From Candidatus Latescibacterota bacterium (GTDB lineage: Bacteria > Latescibacterota > UBA2968 > UBA8231): a stretch of DNA of 64,000 bases. The stretch's first letter is position 1; every line of letters begins with the position of its first letter. The notes under the pieces were generated by a model. The model saw nothing but the letters and a program-made list of their open reading frames with translations, searched no databases and was not told the DNA's origin. The stretch is from the NCBI GenBank assembly GCA_965206595.1, contig OZ242214.1, forward strand, positions 1,696,001-1,760,000. The letters run 5' to 3'. This document shows, piece by piece, positions 9,429 to 21,600 of this stretch. The position numbers and the translations under genes were made by a program.

Positions 9429-10991
9429 TCAGGAGTGGTACCTCAGCGCCCTGCCCGGCAACACCTCGGGCAGGGGATCGACCGCTGCCCCCCCGGAAAT
9501 CACCGGAACGCCGTTGACGAGCACCGTGTCGATGCCCGTTGGAAACTGGTGCGGATCCTCGTAGGTGGCGCGGTCGGCCACGGTCTCCGGGTCGAAGACG
9601 ACGACGTCGGCGTGGTACCCCTCGGCGATACAGCCTCGCCGGGTCAGCCCGAAGCGCTCCGCGGGGCGGCCGCTCAGCTTGTGAACCGCCTCCTCCAGGG
9701 AGAACAGCTTCTGTCCGCGCACGCAGGGGCCCAGCAGGCGGGGGGCCGATCCGTACACCCGGGGATGCACCTTTCCGTCCGGGAAGTAGATCCCGTCGGA
9801 ACCCATCATGTAGAGGTCGTGTTTGAGGAAGGGGGAGATCAGCGAGTCGTCGCCGTGATGGAAGACCAGCAGCACGGCGAGGCCCTCCTCGATCAGGAGG
9901 TCGCAGAGGGCGTCGGCGGGCGCCTTGCCGACCGCCTCGATGTACTCGGCGACCGAGCTGCCTATATGGCAGGCGTTCTCCGCGCTCTGCAGCCAGGCGA
10001 TATGGGTGTGGGGGAAACGGGTCGGCTCGAGGTCGGCGGCGAACTGTCTTCGCAGGGCCGGGTCCTTCAGCTTCGCCATCACCGCGAGCGGTCCGTCTTC
10101 CCAGATCTCGTACGGGAGCAGGAAGTTCAGCATCGTGCTTCCCGGCAGGTAGGGATACACGTCGAAGGAGAAGTCGACCTCGTGGCGCGCGGTTCCGTCG
10201 ACGTACTCGAGAACCTGTTCGATGGTCTCCTGGTCGGCTGCTTTCAGATGCGATATGTGCACGGGAATCCCGGCGCGCCTGCCGATCTCGACCGCCTCTT
10301 CCAGGGCGGCGAGAATCCCCTTCCGGTAGCGCATGTGGGTGACGTACAGACCGCGCTCCCCGGCCATTGCCTCGCACGCTTCCACGAGCTCGTCGGTGGT
10401 GGCGAAGCACTGGGAGATGTAGTCGAGGCCGGTGGAGACGCCGACCGCTCCCTCGGCCATGCCGCGCTCGATCTCCCGCCGGATCAGGGTCATCTGGTAG
10501 TCGTCGGGGACGCCGCGGCCGAAGCCGCAGGCCATGCTGCGGACGTTGGCGTACGGGATGTGGGCAATGGCGTTCTGTACGTTCGCCCCGTCGACGCGTT
10601 CCATGTATTCCCCCAAGCTCCTCCATCCGTCGTACTCGCTGTACGACAGCGCGTTGAGCGACTTCATGTAGAAGATCCACTCAGGTGCGGTTTCGCAGTC
10701 GACCGGGGCATAGGAGATGCCGTCCGCCATGATGACCTCGGTGGTGAACCCCTGGGATGTCTTGGCCTGCAGGTGGGGGGTCTTCAGCAGCCAGGCGTCG
10801 GTGTGGTTGTGGGTGTCGACGAACCCCGGGGCGACGATCCTGCCCGAAGCGTCGATGCGACGAACGCTCGCAGATGCGGACAGGTCTCCGACCGCAGCGA
10901 TGCGGTCGCCGGAGACGAGGACATCCGCCCTGAAGCGTGCGGCGCCCGTTCCGTCGATGACGGTGCCGTTGAGGATGGCGATTCCTGTCAT
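9429..10991 (-). CDS. N-acyl-D-amino-acid deacylase (D-aminoacylase)
   Basis: VIDGTG, PGFVDTHNHTD, STGLDY, VHISHLK, GSDG, HPRVYG. Confidence 0.92.
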   Translation of the reverse strand: MTGIAILNGTVIDGTGAARFRADVLVSGDRIAAVGDLSASASVRRIDASGRIVAPGFVDTHNHTDAWLLKTPHLQAKTSQGFTTEVIMADGISYAPVDCETAPEWIFYMKSLNALSYSEYDGWRSLGEYMERVDGANVQNAIAHIPYANVRSMACGFGRGVPDDYQMTLIRREIERGMAEGAVGVSTGLDYISQCFATTDELVEACEAMAGERGLYVTHMRYRKGILAALEEAVEIGRRAGIPVHISHLKAADQETIEQVLEYVDGTARHEVDFSFDVYPYLPGSTMLNFLLPYEIWEDGPLAVMAKLKDPALRRQFAADLEPTRFPHTHIAWLQSAENACHIGSSVAEYIEAVGKAPADALCDLLIEEGLAVLLVFHHGDDSLISPFLKHDLYMMGSDGIYFPDGKVHPRVYGSAPRLLGPCVRGQKLFSLEEAVHKLSGRPAERFGLTRRGCIAEGYHADVVVFDPETVADRATYEDPHQFPTGIDTVLVNGVPVISGGAAVDPLPEVLPGRALRYHS

Positions 10992-12353
10992 GAGGCTGCC
11001 GGGAAATGCAGGCCGGCGGTTTCCGACAGCGGTTCGAGCTCGTAGTCGTCGAACCACGTGGTGCCGGGGCCGTCCTGGCGGAGGACGATGAGGATCGCGG
11101 TGATCTGCGGAGGCGGGGGACCGTGTATCTCCACCTCGAGACGGGTCCAGTCGTTGGTTCCGGCAAGGTGTTCGGAGCGCACGAACGGGAACCGCTGCGG
11201 CGCGTGGAAAACGTTCCAGGTCATCGAAAGGGAGGCGCCGCGGCCCCCGACCTCTTCGGTCTTCGCCCATACCGAAATGCGGAAACCGGTCGAATCGCGC
11301 CACTTCGGCATGAACATCCCCTCCGATTCCTGGGGCAGGCACCACTCGGACGGCCCGGCGGTCCGCTTGGAGACCTTGAGGGAGAAGCGGTCGGAGCGCC
11401 CCTCGTCGGGGCACCACTCCAACCCCTCTCCCTCGGGAAGCCAGACCCAGGGGTCGGTAGGGTCGCTGGACGGTTCGTCGAACCGCAGTCCGGTCGCGAA
11501 GCTGCTGCGGCGCTCGTACCGGGGAAGCTCGGCGAAGCCCTGGTGCAGGATCGGGGGTACCGGCTCGGCGCGCTCCTGCAGCCGGTGGGCGTGTTCGTCC
11601 GGGCAGAGCCTGACGCGAAACCGCGGGGACGGCACGTCGTACAGCTCGTCGCGGGAGAACCGGGCCCCCAGGTGGATGTCGTACCCCCAGCTGCACACCC
11701 CGACCGAAGTTCGGTCCGCGGTGTCGCCGACGAACTCGAAGGCAGGGTTGTTGCCCTCGTCGTGGGCGAGCACGAACAGGCCGCCCCGCTTGAACGCCTG
11801 CGGCGACGGGATGCCGGCCATGTGGTTGAGCGGCATCTGCCAGACGCTCCCATCCGCCTTCTCGGCGAGCAGGTGGGAGTAGCGCTTCTTCCACATGCCC
11901 GGGAACTCGATCGAGGGGGCCGGAATGTCGCTGTACCAGGGATCGCTGTACTCGAAGAGGACTTCCTCGGCGCGGTCGAAGAGCTCGGGGCTGTGGAGGT
12001 CGAGGTGGGCGGTGAAGTCGTAGACGTAGGAGGCCGATTCCCCGTCGTACGTCAGGACAAGGACCCGCAGCGAGGTGGCGGCGCAACCCTGGTCCCGGGA
12101 GAGGACGCTGATGGTCAGGCGGTCCGTCCCTTCACCTGTGACGGCTACGTCGATCAGCTCGGTGGTGCTCAGGTGGCCGAGTTTCCAGTACATCTGCACC
12201 CCGGCGACGAGGGGCCTGCCCCCGGGAGCGAGCTTCAGATCCCGGAGGTTTATCGGTTTGAGGTTGGCATCGAAATAGCGTAGAATCTGCTCCGGCTGCT
12301 CGATTAGGATGTTCTCGAAGCGGGCGATCGGCTCATCCCCGTCCTAAATCCAT
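10988..12353 (-). CDS. Hypothetical protein with a C-terminal CBM4/9-like domain; probable frameshift in the first ~7 codons
   Basis: Frame open from ~12342 to 10988; ATG with a GAGGA RBS-like motif at 12353 is one base out of frame; GTNDWTRLEV...GTTWFDD tail. Confidence 0.6.
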
Positions 12354-12651
12354 TCCTCACCGGCCGAGACCCCGCCGTGGGTCCTGAAAGTGAAGCAGCT
12401 TCGATGGCCCATGGGCACTTGTTTGGTTGGGTGTCCCGAGGCGGAGCAGCGTAATCCACTCCATCCGTTCCGGTTGCGGCCGCCCCTCATCCCGGCGGAA
12501 AACGGCTTTCACCTGAGGCGGCCTGCTTTAATTCAGCAGCGATTGCTGTCGAGGCGAGCCGTCGAAGATATCGCCGCCCCAAACCGGGAGCAACAGCGCC
12601 CACCAGCCGCACCTTTTCCTTCCGCGCCGTTTCCGATTACGAGGTGACGAC

Positions 12652-13467
12652 TTGATAGTCGACCCCCACACCCATGTATGGGTCAACGATCCCGAGTTTC
12701 CGTGGCCGGCGGAGAACCCCGGTCCGCCCCAGGAGGACCGCACCGCGGAGATGCTGCTCCGGGAGATGGACGCCCACGGCGTCGATAAAACCGTGCTGGT
12801 CCAGGTCATCCATTACCGCTGGGATAACCGCTACGTCGTCGACGCGGTGCGCCGCTACCCGGGCAAGTTCATGGCGGTCGGCCGGATCGACCCGGAAGAC
12901 CCGGCCTCCCCCGACCATCTCAGCATGTGGACGGAGGAGCACGGACTTCACGGGGTGCGGCTCTCTCCCTCGGTCGATGCCGTCGGCGACTGGTTCGGCG
13001 GCCCCCTGATGCCGCCGATCTTCGCCCGCGCCCAGTTTCTCGGGGTTCCGCTGCTGCTGTTGACGGGGCCTTCCCGCCTCCGGGAGCTGGTCCCCCTGCT
13101 GGAGGCGCACGGCGACCTCGACGTCGTCATCGATCACATGGCCGACATCCATCCCGACGACGCCGCGGGCAGAAGGATCCTGATGGAGCTGGCGCGCTTT
13201 CCCAGGGTCTATGTCAAGATCTCGCACACCTGGAGCATTTCCCGCCAGGCCTATCCCTGGGCGGACACCCACGGGCTGGTAGAGGAGGTGTACGAGTCTT
13301 TCGGCCCCCGGCGCATCATGTGGGGCACCGATTGGCCCGTCTGCCTGGGCAAGGCGGAGTACGGACAGACCCTCAGCGTCGTCAGGGACGAGATGAGGTT
13401 CGTTTCAGCCGGGGACCTGGAATGGGTGCTCGGGAAGACGGCGCTGCGGCTGTGGCCGTTCTCCTGA
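12652..13467 (+). CDS. Amidohydrolase_2 family protein (sugar lactonase-like)
   Basis: VDPHTHVW, VIDHMA, VYVKIS, IMWGTDWP. Confidence 0.9.
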   Translation: MIVDPHTHVWVNDPEFPWPAENPGPPQEDRTAEMLLREMDAHGVDKTVLVQVIHYRWDNRYVVDAVRRYPGKFMAVGRIDPEDPASPDHLSMWTEEHGLHGVRLSPSVDAVGDWFGGPLMPPIFARAQFLGVPLLLLTGPSRLRELVPLLEAHGDLDVVIDHMADIHPDDAAGRRILMELARFPRVYVKISHTWSISRQAYPWADTHGLVEEVYESFGPRRIMWGTDWPVCLGKAEYGQTLSVVRDEMRFVSAGDLEWVLGKTALRLWPFS

Positions 13468-13501
13468 GCGTTTCTGGAGTGCCGCGGGTGGAGGGCTGGA
13501 G

Positions 13502-14369
13502 ATGATCCGCATCGGCATCGTCGGCTCCGAAAACAGCCACACCGCGGCGATCGCCAAGGTCCTCAATGTCGACAGGAGAGTGGCGCGCGCGCGTAACCCA
13601 AATCTGGGGCGAGACCTTGGCGTACGCGCGCGAGGCGGCAGGGTCGGGGCGGGTTCCGGTCATAGTCAGGAAACCCGAGGAGATGATCGGGGAGGTCGAC
13701 GGAGTGGTGGTCGATCAACGTCACGGGGCCGAGCATCTGTCCGCGGCAAGGCCGTTCCTCGAAGAGGGGCTGCCCCTGTTCATCGACAAGCCGTTCTGCT
13801 ACCGGACCGCGGAGGGGCGGCGCTTCCTGAAGCGGGCGCGGACGCTCTCGGTGCCGGTATGTTCCTTCTCGGTGCTTCCCAGGCAGGCGAGTTTCCGGTC
13901 GCTGCAGGAGAAGGTCCCCCGCCTCGGGACCCTGCACTCGGTTACGACCACCGGGCCGTGCGACGTCAGGTCGAAGTGGGGGGGCATCTTTTTCTACGGC
14001 ATCCACCAGGTCGACATGCTGGTGCGGCTGCTGGGGTACGACTTCTATCGCGGCTGCGTCACCCGGGGCCGCGGCAGCAACCACACCGCCTCCGTCCTGT
14101 ATCGCGACGGCGCCGTGGGAACGATGAACCTCATCGGCGCGGGCACTCCCGCCTTTCACGTATCCGCGATCGGGGAGAAGGGGCGGCTGGACTCGGTGAT
14201 CGCCATGGACAGGAGCATGTACCTCGCCGGGGTCCGGGAGTTCGTGCACATGTTCGCGACCGGTGAGACCTCCGAGACGGACGAGACCATGCTCGGTCCG
14301 GTTGCCGTGCTCGAAGGTCTCGAGAAATCGCTGGCCCACCCGCACGCGCGGGTGGGCCTCAGACTGTAA
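13502..14369 (+). pseudogene. Gfo/Idh/MocA oxidoreductase, frameshifted at a (CG)n tract (13583-13593)
   Basis: MIRIGIVGSENSH in one frame; FIDKPF and FYGIHQVD in another. Confidence 0.8.
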
Positions 14370-14383
14370 CCAGAAAAGGAGCG

Positions 14384-15517
14384 ATGGCGACGATGCAACT
14401 GAAAACCGCCGCGGAGACGCGCTACGACGCCGTCTCCCTGGGTGAGGTGCTGCTGAGGATCGATCCGGGAGACGTGCCGACGGCCAGGGCGAGGACGGCG
14501 CGCATATGGCAGGGCGGGGGAGAAACCAACGTCGCCGTCGGCCTGAGCTACACCTTCGGGCTCAGAGCCGCGGTCCTGACCGCCCTCGTCGATGACGGCG
14601 TCGGCCGCAACATAGAGAACCAGCTCAGGGAGGTGGGGCTCGACACGAGCCACGTCATCTGGTTCAACAACTTCGGAAAGGGGAAGTACAGCACCGACGC
14701 CAAGGGGACGCTGCACAACGGCGTCAACTTCACCTGGGCGGGCAAAGGCCTGCTTCCCTCGGTGACTGAATACTACCGCGCCCACACACCGATCCGGGAA
14801 ATCGGCCCGGGGGATGTCGATTGGGATCACCTGTTCGGCGAGGTCGGGACCCGCTGGTTCAGCACCGGAGGCATCTACACGCTGCTGTCGCCGAAGACTG
14901 CCGCCCTTGCCGAAGAGGGGATGAGAAAAGCGGGGGAGCACGGCGTCGGGCGGTCGTTCGACCTCAACTACCGCTCCAAAGTCGAGCCGGACAAGGAGCG
15001 CGCCCGCCAAATCAACCGCGGCATCGTCCCCCACGTCGACTTCCTGGTCGGCAACCACGACGACTTCGACGACGCTCTCGGGTACGAGACCCAACCGGTG
15101 CCGAAGGACGCCCCGTTCGAGGAATGGCTGAATGCCTATACGGGGATGCTGCGGCAGGTCGCCGGCGACTACCCCAACATCAGGCTGATCGGCACGCAGC
15201 TGCGCGGGGCCCTGAGCGCCGACCGCATCGACTGGGGGGCAGTGCTCTACGATGTCGAGAGCGACGCCGTGCACCAAGCCGTGGTGCGTGAGAACGTCGA
15301 GATAGCCGACCGCACCGGAGGGGGCGATTCCTTCGCATCCGGCGTGGTCGCTGCCACGCTGAACGGCAAGGGGCCGGAAGAGGCGGTCCAGTGGGGGGCC
15401 GCCCACGGCATCCTGGTGCAGGAAACCCCCGGTGACATCACCTTCGTAAAGCAGGGCGACGTCGAGAAAGAGATAGGCCGGGCCCTCGCTGGCGGGGGTG
15501 TATCGGCGCTGCGCTGA
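14384..15517 (+). CDS. PfkB-family sugar kinase (2-keto-3-deoxygluconate kinase-like)
   Basis: LGEVLLR, GGGETNVA, FDLNYR, DRTGGGDSFASG. Confidence 0.92.
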   Translation: MATMQLKTAAETRYDAVSLGEVLLRIDPGDVPTARARTARIWQGGGETNVAVGLSYTFGLRAAVLTALVDDGVGRNIENQLREVGLDTSHVIWFNNFGKGKYSTDAKGTLHNGVNFTWAGKGLLPSVTEYYRAHTPIREIGPGDVDWDHLFGEVGTRWFSTGGIYTLLSPKTAALAEEGMRKAGEHGVGRSFDLNYRSKVEPDKERARQINRGIVPHVDFLVGNHDDFDDALGYETQPVPKDAPFEEWLNAYTGMLRQVAGDYPNIRLIGTQLRGALSADRIDWGAVLYDVESDAVHQAVVRENVEIADRTGGGDSFASGVVAATLNGKGPEEAVQWGAAHGILVQETPGDITFVKQGDVEKEIGRALAGGGVSALR

Positions 15518-15703
15518 CGGCCGTCCGCTGGCCCTTCACATACCCCGGCGGATGCCCTCTGTCGCAGCGGAGTCATGGAGTCCTTTCCACTTCAGGCCAT
15601 TATTGGCCGATCCATCCGTCTCCGCCTGAGCCATGGTCATCTGTTTCCGGGCAAGGGCAGGTAGCACCCCTTCCGCAAACCATCTCCTGGTTTTTCGCGG
15701 AAA

Positions 15704-17260
15704 TCAGCGGGCTTCGCGAACTTCGCCGCGGAGCCCCGTCCATACGCAGACCGCCATACCCAGCAAGACGATGGCGAACGGGAAGCCGGATGCAAGCGAG
15801 GCCGCCTGCAGCGAGTTCAGGCCTCCGCCGAGCAGGAGGGCTATGGCGACCAGTCCCTCGACCATGCACCAGAAGACACGTTGGGCTGCCGGGGCGTCGA
15901 CCCTTCCGCCGGCGGCGATGGTATCGATGATCAGCGATCCCGAGTCCGAAGAAGTAACGAAAAACAGGACCGTAAGGAGTATCGCGACGGACGAAAGCAG
16001 CTTACCCAACGGGAGCTGGTCGAACATTTTGAACAGGGCGATCTCCAACCTCCACGCCTCGACGTTTTCCGTCACGCCGGTATAGCCCTCGACGACATGT
16101 TGGTGCAGGGCGGTACCGCCGAAAGCACCGAACCACAGCAGGCAGGAGGCGGCCGGAAGGATCAGCACGAAAGTCATGAATTCGCGAACCGTGCGGCCTT
16201 TCGAGATGCGGGCAATGAAGGTGCCGACGAAGGGTGCCCAGGCGAGCCACCACGCCCAGTAGAACGTCGTCCAGCCATGCAGGAAGTCCGTGTCCTCGCG
16301 CCCTGCCCAGTTGCTGAGAGGCACGATCTTTGCGAAATAGCTGCCGAGCGCAGCGAACATGCCCTGGAGAATGTAGAGCGTCGGTCCGAGCAGGATGACC
16401 GCCGCAAGCAACAGGAAGGCGAGGATCAGGTTGAGCTGGCTGAGCCGCTTGATACCGGAATCGAGGCCTGCCAGCACCGATGCCAGGGCGATGGAGGTTA
16501 TCACCACGATCAGGCACACCATGGTGGTGCCGGTGGCGGGAACGTCGAACAGGTAGTTCAGACCCGAGGTCAGCTGCTTGACTCCAAGGCCGAGGGAGGT
16601 GGCGAGCCCGAAGAGCCCGGCAAAGATCGCGAAGGTATCGATGATATGGCCGGGCCAGCCCCAGACGCGGTCGCCGAACAGGGGGTGAAACGCCGAGCGG
16701 ATGGTGAAGGGAAGTCCCCGGTTGTAGGCGAAGTACCCGAGGGCGAGTCCGACGAGCCCGTATATGCCCCATCCGTGCAGCCCCCAGTGAAAGACCGTTG
16801 CCGCTATGGCGACCGCAGCCGCTTCCTCGGTTCCGGCGGCAATTCCCAGCGGCGGGTTCTGATAGTAGTAGACCGGTTCCGCCACCCCGTAGAACAGCAG
16901 GCCTATCCCTACGCCCGCGGCAAAGAGCATGGAGAACCAGGTCGTGTTGGAGTACTCCGGTTTTGCTCCGGCGCCCCCGAGGCGCACCCTGCCCAGAGGG
17001 GAGAATGCCACGTACAGGCAGAAGAGCAGAATGAGGTTGGCGGTGGACATGAAGAACCAGTCGAGCCTCGTGGTGAGCCACTCGCGGGTATTGTTGAATA
17101 CTTCGGTTGCCGCTTCCCGGAACAACAGCGTCCCGATGACGAAGGCGACGATGGTGATACTGGATATCACGAACACCGGAGTCAGGTGGATCTCCAGACC
17201 GAACAGCTTCCGGTACTGTACGTCGTCAGGCCGTAGCGGTTGCTTTTCCTCTTGGTTCAT
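15704..17260 (-). CDS. BCCT-family (betaine/carnitine/choline) transporter
   Basis: WFSMLFAAGVGIG, FHWGLHGW, WTTFYWAWWLAWAPFVG, FFVTSSDSG. Confidence 0.95.
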   Translation of the reverse strand: MNQEEKQPLRPDDVQYRKLFGLEIHLTPVFVISSITIVAFVIGTLLFREAATEVFNNTREWLTTRLDWFFMSTANLILLFCLYVAFSPLGRVRLGGAGAKPEYSNTTWFSMLFAAGVGIGLLFYGVAEPVYYYQNPPLGIAAGTEEAAAVAIAATVFHWGLHGWGIYGLVGLALGYFAYNRGLPFTIRSAFHPLFGDRVWGWPGHIIDTFAIFAGLFGLATSLGLGVKQLTSGLNYLFDVPATGTTMVCLIVVITSIALASVLAGLDSGIKRLSQLNLILAFLLLAAVILLGPTLYILQGMFAALGSYFAKIVPLSNWAGREDTDFLHGWTTFYWAWWLAWAPFVGTFIARISKGRTVREFMTFVLILPAASCLLWFGAFGGTALHQHVVEGYTGVTENVEAWRLEIALFKMFDQLPLGKLLSSVAILLTVLFFVTSSDSGSLIIDTIAAGGRVDAPAAQRVFWCMVEGLVAIALLLGGGLNSLQAASLASGFPFAIVLLGMAVCVWTGLRGEVREAR

Positions 17261-17496
17261 TTCAAAAGGTTTCCTCGCCGCCCCTCACGATGCCGAAGGG
17301 CTTGTTTTCGCCCCTGAAGACACTGGGGGTGGAGGGTATATAGGTGGGCCGCTGTTCCCCGCCGGGCAGGTCTGAATAGCGCCAGTTTCCAGGGTGGGCG
17401 AATCAGCGGGCCCGGCCGAAGCGGCCGTCGCCTAGCGTGATAGTTTGGAAAGGGGCCTCCCCCTCGCCGCAGATCGGTTCCCAAACAGGAACCCGT

Positions 17497-18597
17497 TCAG
17501 AACAGCTTTCCCGTCCCGGAGGGGAGTTGGAAGGAGACCGCAAGCTTGAACCGCCGGCCCTTGGAACTGTGGGTCAAGCCGTCGTGGGCGTGTTCCCGGT
17601 TGACCAGAGGCGGCTTGGCGCCGGTCAGGTTGAGCGCCGAGAAGGTGAGGCCGATTCCCCCGGACAGGTTCCACAGGAAGTTCAGGTTTCAGGTCAGGAA
17701 GGGGTGGACGGTGCGGAAGTCGGAGTCCGCGGTCTCCCGCTGGTCTTCGTAGGAGGGGATGTAGTTCAGGTGCTGGACCAAGCTGTAACCACCTCGGTGG
17801 TAGCCGGCGGCGAGCCGCCATTTCCATTGCGGAATCGGCACCGCGATCGGAAGGGACTCGTTCAGGTAGCCTGCAGCCTCCTGCGCCGATTGCAGCTCCA
17901 GTCCGTTCAGGAGCAGTGCCCGCACGCGGTACTCGCGCGTGAAGGTGCCCCTCAAACCGCCTGAGAACTCCCCCTTCCCGGCGGGATACCTGGTGCTCAG
18001 GTGCCAGTCGAAACCGGAGGTCTTCAGGCCGGGTGAAGGTGAACGGCCCCGCTTTCTCTGCGCAGTCCCTGTTGCCCAGGACCCCGCAGGGGTTGAGATC
18101 GAGGTTGCCCGGCTCGTTGGGGAAAGCGGACACGTCGAAGTGACGGAACTGGTAGCCGACAGCGTAGCTGGCGTCCTCGATCCATGTGCCGGTCAGGGTG
18201 GCCTCGGCGACCTCCAGGGTAAACGGTGTTGTCCAGATTGACTTCCTCGTTGATCCAGGCGAGCAGTTCGGGGCTGTTTCCGAGGCCGGGACTCGACGGC
18301 GGCCGTTATCCCGGCCTGCACGGACAAGGTTGCGCTTGCCCGCGAGTAGCCGATCAATTCCGCCCTCACCTCGTGCTTGCCTACAGGAAGGTCGGGAAGC
18401 ACGAGGCGTCCCTTCTCGTCCGACAAGCCTCCGAGGTCCACCCCAGGGATGTAGACCCGGGCCGCTTCCACGGCCTGGCCGTTGTCGTCGTCGATCACGG
18501 TGACGACGAGTACACCTGTGGACTGCGCCCGCAGCGGTCCGGCCAGAAGCAATGCCGCGCCGATCAGGGTTGGAATGGAACTGCTCCGAGGCTTCAT
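17497..18597 (-). pseudogene. Internally deleted, frameshifted TonB-dependent receptor; paralogue of the adjacent gene at 18664-21831
   Basis: Signal peptide and N-terminal domain align by eye to the neighbour, followed by disjoint fragments (NLDLNPCGV, AAGYLN, LNYIPSYED, KGRRFKLAV). Confidence 0.82.
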
Positions 18598-18663
18598 GTG
18601 ACCACTCCTCCTTGGGGCAGCATGCTGCCGGCTAAAAGCCGGCATGTCCTTCCCGGCGGGCCC

Positions 18664-21600
18664 TTACGGCCCCAGTTGCCAAGTGACCGCCAGCTTCACC
18701 CGCCGGCCCTTGGGGTCGTGGGTGAAGCCGTCGTACGCCTGCTCGATGTTGACCAGGGGCGGCCGGGTGTCGAGCAGGTTCATCCCCGAGAGCACCATGT
18801 TGGCGCCCCTGGGCAGGCTAAACAGAAAGCTCACATCCAAGGTGACGAAGGGGTCGATAGTACCGAACAGATCTTTGATGGCAGCATTGTCGGATGCCAT
18901 AGATCCCCGATCCTCGTACGAAGAGATGTAGTTCAGGTAGCTCACGAGGCTGTAGGTCTTCCAGTGATAGCCTGCCGATGCCCGCCCCTTGAACTTGGGA
19001 AGGGAGGTCGCAATGGGATTGCCGAAGTTCAGGTAGCCGGCCGCGTCAGCGGCCTCCTGCAGTTCCAGGTCGCCCAGCATCAAGGCCTTTGTCTCGTACG
19101 CCAGGATATAGCTGCCGTCCAGACTGGCGGCGACCTGCCCCGAACCCGCGGGCGCCCGCGTGCCCAGGTGCATGTCGATTCCCGAAGTCTTTACCCCCGG
19201 CCAATTGACGATATCGACTCGCACCCGCTCGAGTTTCGAGGCGTCGCAGGTGCCGGTGCCGACCCCGTCCGGGCAGACGATGAACTGCTTCAGGGCTTCC
19301 TTGTTCGCATCATACAGGGCCGTGATGGCCCCGTGCGGCATGGCACCGATGACATCCTTGAAATCGTAGCTCCAGTAATCGAAGGTCGCTTCCACGCCCG
19401 CCGAGGTGATCAGGGCGAGGCCGGCATTGTAGGTAAATGCCTGTTCGGGTTTGAGGTCCTTGCTCCCGATTCGGTCCACCGTTTGATAGGCGCCCGTCTC
19501 ATTGATCCACTCGAGCGTCGAGAGCGGGCTTTCGTTCACATCGTCCAGCGACGGCGTGCGAAACGTCGTCTGCACCGAGCCGCGCAGGAACAGGGACTGG
19601 GTGGAGGATTCGGCCAGCTGCAAACGCCCCCCGAACTTGGGATTGAAACTGCTCGCCACATCGTGGAACTCGTAGTTGGCGGCGAGCTGGGTGTCGAAGC
19701 GAGACCCCAGGCTCAGAGGAATCTCGGCGAAGATGCGGTGCACCGTCTGCGATTCATCATACGGCCGATTCACATTGGTGAACGCATAGGGACCGAACCT
19801 GTCCTCGGCTGAGCAGTTCATATCGCCCACGACCGGGCAGGGGTTAATGGTCACGTCCCCCTCGTCGTTGGGATCGCCGCTGGCATTGAGCAGACGGAAC
19901 TGGTAGCCGCCCGCGTAGCTGGCCACGTCCTCGATCCAGGTTCCGGTCAGCGTCGCGTCGGCCACCAGCATATCCGCGGTGCTCTGCAGATCGACTTCCT
20001 GGTTGAGCCATTTCCGCAACTCGGGGCTGTTGGCAAGGGCGGCGCGGTAATCGGGGTTCCCCTGGGTCGAGAACTCCGAACCATGTTGATCCGCAAACTC
20101 GATGGCATTGCCGAAGGGGTTGTAGTATTGGCAGTCCCCCTGACCCGCCACCTGGCCGTTGAGCGGGCCGAGCCGCATCCCGGCAAGGGACGTGAGATCC
20201 GCATCTACGCCAACGCCGCAGTCGGGTCCCCCGAACCCGCGGAAGCCGAGGAAGAGCCGCTCGATGTACACCCCCGGCAGGTTGTAGTTGCCCTCGGTGC
20301 GGGAATAGGACAGACCCAGGTCGTAATGGGTCTCTCGACCGCCGAACGACGCAAAGTCCCCATTCGCGGAAGCCGCCACCCGCCACGTGCTGGAGTCGCG
20401 GCCATATATACGCCCGGGACCCGAGTTGCCGAAGGGGCGGCCGTTGAAATACCAGTTCTCGCCGTCTTGGCAGTCGGCGTAGTAGAGGTCCCCGTCCTCG
20501 CCGCCGTAGTCCTCGCAGAAGGCCTGCCGGCCCGGGTGATCGGGCGCCACCTCCATGATACTCGTGTCCGTCAGGGGGAAGGGAGGGTACGAAGGGGTGG
20601 TGTACCAATTGGGGATCTCGGCCGCTGCCCACAGGCCCTCGAAGTGATACTCCGTGCCATTGTCGAGCGCACCGTTGATTTCGGTAAAGGCACGGACATG
20701 GCTCATGTCCTCGATCAGATTCTCGTACTGCTGGTAGCGGAAGCGGCAGGTCCAGGATTCGCGAAAGCCGCCGAACTGCTCACAACGAGGGGCGTGGATG
20801 GCGGCCGTCCATGGGGCAGGAGCGCCAACGGCGAAGGTGCCCGGGTTCCCCAGGCTCGACCATCCGAGGCGCTGCCCGCCGCCGTGCCACGGCTGCAGCA
20901 GGTAATCCCTTTCGGTGGACGGCAACTCCCGACGTTTCCGCCATTCCCCGGCGACAACCGCGTGGGCACCGCCGAGTTTGCCGCCCCATATGGCGCCGGC
21001 GTCGGTATCCCCCGCATCGGCGAAATACTCGTGGTTGGCCGAGACTTCAAACCCCGTGAAGTCGGAACGGGTCAGGAAGTTGGCGACCCCGGCCACCGCA
21101 TCCGACCCATAGATGGCCGCAGCCCCCTCCTTGAGCACCTCGACCCGGTCCAGGGCGATGGAAGGGATGGCATTCACATCGACGAAGCGTCCACCGATAA
21201 GGCGAGCCGGCACATAGGTCTGGCGGCGGCCGTTGAACAGCACCAGGGTCCGCGAGGCCCCCAGACCGCGCAGATTGACGTTGGCGATGCTCTCGGAAAG
21301 GGTGGCGGCCTGGCCGGAGTTGTACCAACTGCTGCGCTCGCCAATCACGCCGTGGCTGGCACTCAGGTTCTTGAAGAAGTCCACGGGCTGGGGTGAGCCC
21401 TGTTCCTTCAGCTTTTCCCGGCTCGCCGTCGTCACCGCGTAGGGCAGGTTGATGGGGGACTCCTTGAAGGCGGTGCCGGTCACCGCGGTCTCTTCGAAGA
21501 GGATGGCCGCTGGTTCCAGGCGCAGCTCGACGTCGGCGACCGTGCCGGCCTCCACCGCGACAGTCGCCGTTGCCCGGGAGTAGCCGATCGATTCGACCGT

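Noticed and set aside
9429-12086. 885-aa ORF as a large fusion protein
   Set aside because: The first 365 aa are R/P-rich out-of-frame read of the upstream gene; the deacylase starts at 10991
865-21396. Many long ORFs antisense to or overlapping real genes (e.g. 865-2529, 4615-6783, 9291-11045, 18226-19812, 20083-21396)
   Set aside because: Shadow ORFs typical of high-GC DNA; no motifs, and they lie opposite well-supported CDSs
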